Shown here piece after piece: positions 15,397 to 22,595 of a stretch of 32,000 nt of DNA. Made by a program: the position numbers and the translations under genes. Source of the DNA: Erysipelothrix larvae. Its GTDB lineage: Bacteria > Bacillota_I > Bacilli_A > Erysipelotrichales > Erysipelotrichaceae. The notes under the pieces were generated by a model. It was not told the origin of the DNA. It saw only the letters and a program-made list of their open reading frames with translations, and made no database searches. Every line of letters begins with the position of its first letter. Positions within the stretch are counted from its first letter, which is position 1. The stretch covers positions 450,001 through 482,000 of the forward strand of contig NZ_CP013213.1 of NCBI RefSeq assembly GCF_001545095.1. Reading direction: 5' to 3'.

Positions 15397-15969
15397 ATGG
15401 ACCATAAAAACTATGCATTGGATGAGAGTTACTCAGTAATCTCAAGCGGTGTCACGATCAAAGGGAATATCGAATCAACAGATTCACTCAGTATTGCCGG
15501 GATTGTCCAAGGTGATGTAATGTGTCACAAAGAAATTGAACTCGCACAGGATTGTTGTATCAGTGGAGACATTAAGTCCACATCGATTGCGATTAACGGT
15601 GCCAAAATTGAAGGGAACGTGACAGTAGAAGACCGTTTTGTGTTGGATAAAGACTCAATTATCATCGGTTCTTTGAGTGCAAGCAGTGCCCATATTAACG
15701 GTCAAATTGAAGGACCTGTAAAGGTGAGCGGCGAAGTATCCATCGCTTCAACTGCAGTAGTAGTCGGTGATTTAGTCGCATCCTCATTGGTTGTTGAAAA
15801 TGGTGCGAAGCTAAAAGGAAGTTATACCGTATTTAGTGAAGAAGTAAACGAACCAACCATGCACAATGAAGAAACAGTCATTGAACGTTACTATCAAACA
15901 CAAGAAGGATTGGAACAAGATTCAAAAAATGATGACTTTGTCATTACTACAGATGAACTTGATGCCTAA
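15397..15969 (+). CDS. Bactofilin, copy 2
   Basis: RBS agggagga. About 80-85% identical to copy 1 over the beta-helical core by hand alignment. The C-terminal acidic tail is unrelated in sequence and shorter. Confidence 0.85.
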   Translation: MDHKNYALDESYSVISSGVTIKGNIESTDSLSIAGIVQGDVMCHKEIELAQDCCISGDIKSTSIAINGAKIEGNVTVEDRFVLDKDSIIIGSLSASSAHINGQIEGPVKVSGEVSIASTAVVVGDLVASSLVVENGAKLKGSYTVFSEEVNEPTMHNEETVIERYYQTQEGLEQDSKNDDFVITTDELDA

Positions 15970-15974
15970 ATATG

Positions 15975-16011
15975 AAAAGCAACCCACACGGCGCGTGAGT
16001 TGCTTTTTTTT
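15975..16011. terminator. Intrinsic terminator between the convergent bactofilin and mltG genes
   Basis: aaaagcaacccacacg gcg cgtgagttgctttttttt: GC-rich imperfect stem flanked by an A-run and a T-run, so it could act on both strands. Confidence 0.75.
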
Positions 16012-16067
16012 AATGGTGTATTTTTGATTAATCTTACGCGATACAAACGATTCACACAGCATGATTT

Positions 16068-17120
16068 TTATCGATGAGGATCGACATACTTTTCAACATT
16101 ACGCTGATGTTCTTCATAAGTTTTCGCAAAATAGATTTCACCAGTCGTTACATCCGCCACAAAGTACAAATAATCTGTATCATCAGGGTTAAGGACTGCT
16201 TCAATCGCGAGTGATACTGGGTTCATAACCGGTCCTGGAGGAAGCCCTAAATGAATGTACGTATTGAATGGTGAGTCAATATCAATGTTTCGCTCACATT
16301 CTTGCCATGACTCATAGGTTTGCAATGCATAACAAATTGTAACACTCGATCCCAAGGTCATATTAATATCCAAGCGATTAATGAATACATTTGCGATTGT
16401 TCGCATGGACGCTTCTGTATTTCCTTCATAATTCACAATCGAAGCTAAGGTTAAGAGCTCATGGACACTAAAGCGGGATTGTTCAATCTCATCCGCAAAG
16501 GAATCCAAGACCTTTGCCATATTATTTAAAATTGTATGGGTAACGTCATCAATTGTCGTAATGCGTTTAAACTCATAGGTATCTGGATATAAATATCCTT
16601 CAAGCTTCACCTTCAAATCATCAAGGGTTAAGACTTCATTGAGGAATGGATAAGTTTCCACAAGGGATTCAATATAATCCGCATCATTCCAAGTGGCTAA
16701 GATCTCATCAGCTTCTAAGTTAGTTTCTTCACCAAGCAGTGCTGCGAAGTCTTTAGCCCAGCCCCCTGAGGGTAAAGTAATCGTCACAACGTTTGGTTGT
16801 GCATTACGCTGGTCATCAAAATGCTTAATAATCTGGGTGGTTGTCCATGAAGCATCAATTTCGTACACGCCAACAAAGAGCGTCTTATCCAACTTGAACC
16901 TCAAGATAAATTGCATGAATGAAGCAGAACGAATCACGCCTTCTTCTTCTAAGTGACGACTCACACTGGTATATGTATCTTCTGATGTAACGTTAATTGT
17001 ATGAATCTGTGATTCAGAAGTAACCCCGCGATTCATGGAATAGAATGTGATAAAAACAACTGCAAGTATTGCTACCCCAATCCCAATAAACCAATACTTT
17101 TTCTTAAGGATAAAATCCAT
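16068..17120 (-). CDS. mltG: Endolytic murein transglycosylase MltG (YceG-like)
   Basis: N-terminal TM anchor (KKYWFIGIGVAILAVVFITFY) and the YceG-type C-terminal pattern (EGYLYPDTYEF, ASIVNYEG, VFINRL..., NTYIHLGLPPGPVMNPV). I set the start at the ATG at 17118-17120, which follows RBS aaggaagg, rather than the ORF-track start at 17309. Confidence 0.85.
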   Translation of the reverse strand: MDFILKKKYWFIGIGVAILAVVFITFYSMNRGVTSESQIHTINVTSEDTYTSVSRHLEEEGVIRSASFMQFILRFKLDKTLFVGVYEIDASWTTTQIIKHFDDQRNAQPNVVTITLPSGGWAKDFAALLGEETNLEADEILATWNDADYIESLVETYPFLNEVLTLDDLKVKLEGYLYPDTYEFKRITTIDDVTHTILNNMAKVLDSFADEIEQSRFSVHELLTLASIVNYEGNTEASMRTIANVFINRLDINMTLGSSVTICYALQTYESWQECERNIDIDSPFNTYIHLGLPPGPVMNPVSLAIEAVLNPDDTDYLYFVADVTTGEIYFAKTYEEHQRNVEKYVDPHR

Positions 17121-17551
17121 CCGGTAAACCTTCCTTACTCTAATGAAAACATAAAACACGAATAATATGGTCCTGTATAAAATACCATTGCTTATATTAT
17201 ACAGTGTTATGTGACGAAATGTTAGACTTAACGTCCAAGAAATTGGGTGTGGTAGGCACTCTATTACAGGAAATGTCATCATCGTGGTTATGCAAACATA
17301 ATACCCCAAAACCGAGTAATATCACCAAAATCCAACAAAATATGCACTATTTACTGTGATTTCAACACAAAAGGAGAAGAAATCACACTTAGAATCATTC
17401 AACTTAGTTCAATAATATATGAATACCCAATAAATGGTCATACCTATAATTATGGGATAACTTACAAATTTTAAGGATATATTTTATCCAGCTGGCTCAA
17501 GAAATTCACAGGGTTTGCTTGGTAAACTCATGAAATGAATCGGTCTTGTTC

Positions 17552-17580
17552 TTGTGAATTGACGCTATCTATGCTATAGT
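17552..17580 (+). promoter_or_regulatory. Candidate sigma-A promoter for the antiporter leader
   Basis: ttgtga (17552-17557), a 17-nt spacer, then tatagt (17575-17580), with a TG-n extended -10 at 17572-17574. Confidence 0.45.
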
Positions 17581-17698
17581 ACACAAAGGGAATGAAGTTC
17601 TCCCTGTTCTGATTAAGACAAACCGCATATGCTGATGACTTCTATACTTTTTTAAGTATAGGGTTGTCAGCATTTTTTATTTGAAGGAGAAGAAACGT
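17581..17698 (+). promoter_or_regulatory. Structured 5' leader with an intrinsic terminator (attenuator or riboswitch candidate) upstream of the antiporter
   Basis: Small hairpin aggga-atgaagttc-tccct at 17587-17605. A ~16-bp stem (with GU pairs and one bulge) gctgatgacttctatac / gtatagggttgtcagc at 17631-17671 is followed by atttttta, immediately before the RBS gaaggagaag. Confidence 0.45.
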
Positions 17699-18901
17699 AT
17701 GTTACAAAGCATCGGGTTAATATTTATCATTGGGTTTATCATGCAAGAAGTCTTTCAAAAGGTCAAGATTCCCAGTCTTGTAGGATTCTTGTGGTCAGGC
17801 ATATTATTAGGGCCATTTGGGTTTAATATCCTCGATGAGTCCCTCCTTAATATCTCAGGGGACTTAAGAGAAGTTGCACTGCTCATCATTTTGACACAAG
17901 CAGGGCTATCCTTGGAATTATCAGACTTTAAGAAAATGGGGCATAAAGCCATTTTCATGTCCTTTGTTCCTGCTTGTTTTGAAATCTTTGCGACGTTTAT
18001 GGTTTCGCAATATCTATTTGGTCTCAGTCCAGTTGATGCACTCTTGTTGGGTGCCATCATTGCCTCTGCATCCCCAGCAGTCATTGTACCCCGCATGCTA
18101 AAACTGATGAAAGAAGGCTATGGTATCAAGAAAGGAATCCCACAACTAATCTTAACCGGAGACTCTGTGGACGATGTTTTCAACATTGTGGTATTCTCCA
18201 GCGTACTTGGACTACAAGGCGGAGGAAAACTAACATTCTCACAATTTTTACTGATTCCTGTTTCTATATTAATAGGGGTGGCAATCGGAGTGGGCCTGGG
18301 ATTGATTGTTTCAAAGCTTTTTGAAAGGATAAAACACCGTTTCGAATTTAAAACCTTGTTGCTCTTAAGCGTTGGATTTTTACTCATGGGTGTAGAATCT
18401 TATGTGGAATCATTCTTCCCATTCTCAGCGCTTATCTGTGTGATCGCAATGGGTGTTACCTTATTAAATATGCAACCAAAGGATGCAGTCAGTGTATCCA
18501 ACCAATTATCTAAATTATGGATCGGGGCACAAGTCTTGTTATTTGCACTCGTTGGCGCAAGTGTAAACATCAACTATATAACCTTTGCAGGAATATCCGC
18601 AATCCTCATGATGATTGTTGTTTTATGTATTCGAGGCGTAGGGATCTTATTGAGTCTATCAGGCAGTGATTTTACACTAAAAGAAAAACTGTTTTGTGTT
18701 TTATCAGGCATCCCAAAAGCCACAGTTCAAGCGGCAATTGGAGGGATTCCACTTGCGATGGGGATTGCCAGTGGTGAACTGATCCTCGCAATCTCTGTAA
18801 TCGCGATTTTATTCACTGCACCAATTGGTGCAATGCTTTTGGATACTTTGTATCCAAAATTATTAACAGATGATCGAAACACGGATAGAATCATTTCATA
18901 A
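17699..18901 (+). CDS. Cation:proton antiporter (Na+/H+ exchanger family, CPA-type)
   Basis: Polytopic hydrophobic protein of roughly 11-12 predicted helices. The N-terminal region (...GFLWSGILLGPFGFNIL...EVALLIILTQAGLSLE) is typical of the Na_H_Exchanger family. I prefer the ATG at 17699 (RBS gaaggaga 9 nt upstream) over the TTG at 17681. Confidence 0.75.
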   Translation: MLQSIGLIFIIGFIMQEVFQKVKIPSLVGFLWSGILLGPFGFNILDESLLNISGDLREVALLIILTQAGLSLELSDFKKMGHKAIFMSFVPACFEIFATFMVSQYLFGLSPVDALLLGAIIASASPAVIVPRMLKLMKEGYGIKKGIPQLILTGDSVDDVFNIVVFSSVLGLQGGGKLTFSQFLLIPVSILIGVAIGVGLGLIVSKLFERIKHRFEFKTLLLLSVGFLLMGVESYVESFFPFSALICVIAMGVTLLNMQPKDAVSVSNQLSKLWIGAQVLLFALVGASVNINYITFAGISAILMMIVVLCIRGVGILLSLSGSDFTLKEKLFCVLSGIPKATVQAAIGGIPLAMGIASGELILAISVIAILFTAPIGAMLLDTLYPKLLTDDRNTDRIIS

Positions 18902-19018
18902 AAAGGATGAGTATCTTCGATATTAATGATATTATAGGTATGAAATAAAAAAACATGATCTTTCGATTTATTTAACTGGCTGATCCGTTGAGAGCACACG
19001 AATGAGGAGAACGAACCG

Positions 19019-20077
19019 ATGACAAAAGATTTTTCGTTTGATGCAATTCTAGAAGAACTTGATAAGCGACATTTAAAATATAATCATAGTGGTGAGATGG
19101 TTTTTGATGATGATGTATATGTATCAATCTGGGACATTTCATCTGGAATTTTTCGATATCATGTTCACTATCTAAACTATGAATCAGAACATATCGAAAT
19201 TGAATATAAAAAAATTCAGACTTTACTCCACGATTCATTAAAATGGAATCAATTCGGATTTACACAGGATTTCAAGATGTTTCCTAATCGAACACCGTAT
19301 CATAAAAATAGACACACTGAACTCAATTTTGTAATGCGTGGCTCCTTGGATTTCAAAGTTCAAGGTGAAATCGTGAGTGTATCTGAAGGTGATATGTTAG
19401 GGATTAACACTATGACATATCACAGCGAACACGAACTGGTAGAGCCATTATATGTCGTCTTTATAGGTTTTAATGATACTAAGTATGTAGCGTCCATCCT
19501 TGATTATGTTGAAAATCTGCAGTTTCGAAAATTTATGAATCGATCCCTGTCAAAATCTACAATGGAAGCAGAATATGTTTTATATCACGACATTGACAAA
19601 TTTGACGAAACCAAACAACTCTTAGAATTAATCATTCAAGAAATCGACGCGAAGAAACCAGGGTATAAAAGTATTCTTAGAGGACTATTTATCCGATTTT
19701 TTACCCATATGAATTCCCTGCATGGAAAGGATACGTCACAACCGGCAAAAGGATATCGCTACCTTGTATTTGAAGAGATGAGTCATTATATAAATGAACA
19801 CTACGCAACAATTTCACTCCAACAACTTGTGGATTTATATGGCTACACGAAAGACTATTTTAACCGACTGGTAAAGGAAATGACAGGAAAGACATTTATC
19901 CAGTATGTCCAAGACATTCGACTTGAGAAAGCGTGTGAATATCTTGCGACAACCGAATTACGTGTTGTTGAGATTGCGGATAAAACAGGATATTCAAATA
20001 TCTCATATTTCTACAAAATATTTAAAAATCGAAAACAAATTACCCCCGATGAATATCGAAAACGCTATAAAATATAG
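19019..20077 (+). CDS. AraC-family transcriptional regulator (cupin-like N-terminal domain plus C-terminal double HTH)
   Basis: RBS gaggaga. The C-terminus (HYATISLQQLVDLYGYTKDYFNRLVKEMTGKTFIQYVQDIRLEKACEYLATTELRVVEIADKTGYSNISYFYKIFKNRKQITPDEYRK) is a canonical AraC/XylS HTH domain. Confidence 0.9.
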   Translation: MTKDFSFDAILEELDKRHLKYNHSGEMVFDDDVYVSIWDISSGIFRYHVHYLNYESEHIEIEYKKIQTLLHDSLKWNQFGFTQDFKMFPNRTPYHKNRHTELNFVMRGSLDFKVQGEIVSVSEGDMLGINTMTYHSEHELVEPLYVVFIGFNDTKYVASILDYVENLQFRKFMNRSLSKSTMEAEYVLYHDIDKFDETKQLLELIIQEIDAKKPGYKSILRGLFIRFFTHMNSLHGKDTSQPAKGYRYLVFEEMSHYINEHYATISLQQLVDLYGYTKDYFNRLVKEMTGKTFIQYVQDIRLEKACEYLATTELRVVEIADKTGYSNISYFYKIFKNRKQITPDEYRKRYKI

Positions 20078-20103
20078 CGTTTTTCTCGTTTATAGTCAAT
20101 ATC

Positions 20104-20132
20104 TTGACATTAAAGTCGTATTTGGTTAATGG
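20104..20132 (+). promoter_or_regulatory. Candidate activator-dependent promoter of the GH3 operon
   Basis: Perfect -35 ttgaca (20104-20109), a 17-nt spacer, then a poor -10 taatgg (20127-20132). This combination is typical of AraC-activated promoters. Confidence 0.35.
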
Positions 20133-20192
20133 GTTGATCTACAAATGATTGTAAACTAATAATGTAATCGCATTCAAAGAAAAGGTGATAAA

Positions 20193-22583
20193 GTGGAACG
20201 AATAGATATACAGCATGTGATGAAGGAGCTCACACTTAAGGAGAAGGCTTCTTTATTGTCGGGTGCAAACTTTTGGAATTCTAAAGCAATCGAACGATTG
20301 AATATTCCATCAATTATGCTTACCGATGGACCGCATGGTTTAAGAAAACAAGGTGGAAAAGCCGACCATCTTGGACTCAATAAGAGCATACCCGCAACGT
20401 GTTTTCCACCTGCAGCTACATTAGCAAACAGTTGGGATCAAACCATACTGTATAAGGTTGGTGAGGCACTTGGGAAAGAAGGCGCATATGAGAATGTGGG
20501 TGTTGTGTTAGGACCGGGCATGAATATCAAACGCAACCCACTTTCAGGACGAAACTTTGAGTATTTCTCAGAAGATCCATACCTGAGTGGATCGTTATCT
20601 GCAAGCATGATTAAGGGCATGCAAAGCCAAGGTATTGCAGCCTGTGCCAAGCACTATGCGGTCAACTCACAAGAGTTCCACAGAATGTCTGTGGACGAAA
20701 TTGTTGATGAAAGAGCCCTTCATGAACTTTATTTAGAATCATTTAGGATTGCTGTAGAGGATGGCGAAGTTGACTCAATCATGACATCCTACAACAAAGT
20801 CAATGGGACCTATGCCAATGAAAATACCCACCTTCTGGTGGATATCTTAAGAAATCAATGGAACTTCAAGGGTCTTGTTGTTACTGATTGGGGTGGAAAT
20901 AATGATCGCGTTTTAGGACTTAAAGCAGGAAATCATTTGGAAATGCCGTCAACGAATGGCATGACGGATCAAGACATTGTGGATGCAATTCATCATGGAA
21001 CCTTGGAAGAATCAATGCTTAATGATCGTGTTGAGGAATACCTAAACTTTTTAAATCATTTAATCGATAAAAAGGTTGAAGGGGTACAGGTTGATATGGA
21101 TGCACAGCACCAAATCGCACGACAAGCTGCTCAAGCTTCGATTGTTTTATTGAAAAATGATCATCAAATCCTTCCATTAAAAAAGGACACACGTTATGGT
21201 TTGGTAGGCGATTTCATGGTAAATCCACGCTATCAAGGTGCTGGAAGTTCACTCATCAACCCAACACGATGTGATAACCTCTATGATACTTTAATGGCCA
21301 GTGATTATACCATTGCAGGGTATGCGCAAGGGTTCCATCGTTATGGGAAAACAGATCCGCGATTAGTCAGGGAAGCAGTCAATTTATCAAAAATGGTTGA
21401 TACAGTTCTTGTATTCTTAGGACTTGATGAAAGCAGCGAAGCAGAAGGTGTTGATCGTCAACATATGAAGCTTCAACAAAACCAACTTGATTGCATTCAA
21501 GCTATTGTCGAAACAGGGAAACCCGTAATTGTAATCTTAGCAGGAGGTTCTCCTGTAGAACTGCCATTTATGGAAGCACTGGATGGGTGCATTCATGGAT
21601 ACTTGCCAGGTCAAGCCGGTGGTCTTGCATTATTTGATGTATTAAGTGGTGCCGTAAATCCTTCAGGAAAACTGGCAGAGACCTATCCTATTAAATATGA
21701 AGATGTTGCATCTTCTGCATATTTCCCAGGACATCAAAACACCTCTGAACACCGTGAAGGCATCTTCATTGGATACCGTTACTTTGATACCGTTCAAGAA
21801 AATGTGTTGTTCCCGTTTGGATATGGTCTATCTTATACCCAGTTTCATTATGAAAGCATGACCCTCAATCCAGACGGTGTTACAGTTACCCTTGAAAATA
21901 CGGGTGAAGTGGCAGGAAGTGAAGTGGTCCAAGTATATGTTCACAAATGTGACTCAACAATCCTAAGACCCAAACAAGAACTTGCAGGATATGCGAAGGT
22001 ACACTTAGAAGCACATGAAAAGACCACAATCACCATTCCCTATAGAGACCATGCATTTAGTTTTTATAATGTAAACAAAGGCTGTTGGGACAGTGAAAAA
22101 GGCCAATATGAGATCATGGTTGGGGCATCATCACGCGATATTCGATTAACGCAAAGCATCGATCGAGATGGAAACGTTGATATCGAGGATATCTACACAC
22201 CCATGCAATATCAAAACCTTGAACTCAAAAACATCACTCAAGCATCATTCCAATCCCTGCTTGACTTTAAGCTTCCAGAAAGTGAATGGGATCCTAAGAA
22301 AACCTTAGAACTCAATGACATCATCGAACAAGCACGCACCAAAAGTGTATTTGGTCGGTTTGTAAACTGGCTTATTGATATGCTGTACAAATTCTTTATG
22401 TGGCGTGGCAATCCGATTGCTGCCAATAATGTACGATTTGCGCAAAACCTTCCCTTTAGAGGCATTGCGCGGATGTCAGCTGGACGGGTCAATATGAAAG
22501 CTTTAGATGGACTTATGGATATGTTTAACGGTCACTTTTTCAAAGGACTGTTTAGGTTTGTAAAGAATTACCTATTTAATTAA
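20193..22583 (+). CDS. Glycoside hydrolase family 3 beta-glucosidase/beta-xylosidase-like enzyme, canonical domain order, no signal peptide
   Basis: GTG start after RBS aaaggtga. GH3 motifs LTDGPHGLR, GRNFEYFSEDPYL, KHYAVNSQEFHR and VVTDWGG (nucleophile Asp), then IVLLKN..., FPFGYGLSYTQF and an Fn3-like domain. A ~120-aa C-terminal extension follows. Confidence 0.9.
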   Translation: MERIDIQHVMKELTLKEKASLLSGANFWNSKAIERLNIPSIMLTDGPHGLRKQGGKADHLGLNKSIPATCFPPAATLANSWDQTILYKVGEALGKEGAYENVGVVLGPGMNIKRNPLSGRNFEYFSEDPYLSGSLSASMIKGMQSQGIAACAKHYAVNSQEFHRMSVDEIVDERALHELYLESFRIAVEDGEVDSIMTSYNKVNGTYANENTHLLVDILRNQWNFKGLVVTDWGGNNDRVLGLKAGNHLEMPSTNGMTDQDIVDAIHHGTLEESMLNDRVEEYLNFLNHLIDKKVEGVQVDMDAQHQIARQAAQASIVLLKNDHQILPLKKDTRYGLVGDFMVNPRYQGAGSSLINPTRCDNLYDTLMASDYTIAGYAQGFHRYGKTDPRLVREAVNLSKMVDTVLVFLGLDESSEAEGVDRQHMKLQQNQLDCIQAIVETGKPVIVILAGGSPVELPFMEALDGCIHGYLPGQAGGLALFDVLSGAVNPSGKLAETYPIKYEDVASSAYFPGHQNTSEHREGIFIGYRYFDTVQENVLFPFGYGLSYTQFHYESMTLNPDGVTVTLENTGEVAGSEVVQVYVHKCDSTILRPKQELAGYAKVHLEAHEKTTITIPYRDHAFSFYNVNKGCWDSEKGQYEIMVGASSRDIRLTQSIDRDGNVDIEDIYTPMQYQNLELKNITQASFQSLLDFKLPESEWDPKKTLELNDIIEQARTKSVFGRFVNWLIDMLYKFFMWRGNPIAANNVRFAQNLPFRGIARMSAGRVNMKALDGLMDMFNGHFFKGLFRFVKNYLFN

Positions 22584-22595
22584 TGAGGAGAAGAC

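Noticed and set aside
16693-16956. Plus-strand ORFs opposite or inside mltG, the antiporter, the AraC gene and the GH3 genes (e.g. 16693-16956, 17755-18096, 18118-18387, 18727-19238, 19905-20129, 20174-20650, 22238-22492, 22728-24867, 25913-26179, 28438-28620, 29237-29434, 30073-30372)
   Set aside because: All are nested in or antisense to ORFs with strong family motifs. They lack RBSs and have skewed compositions typical of shadow ORFs.
17121-17309. 63-codon N-terminal extension of MltG in the ORF track (start at 17309)
   Set aside because: There is no RBS at 17309, and the extension is Cys/Phe/Tyr-rich nonsense. The internal ATG at 17120 has a strong aaggaagg RBS and gives the canonical short cytoplasmic tail plus TM anchor.
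17681-17698. TTG start for the antiporter (MKEKKR...)
   Set aside because: The TTG lies inside the Shine-Dalgarno sequence gaaggaga. The ATG at 17699 is correctly spaced from that RBS.
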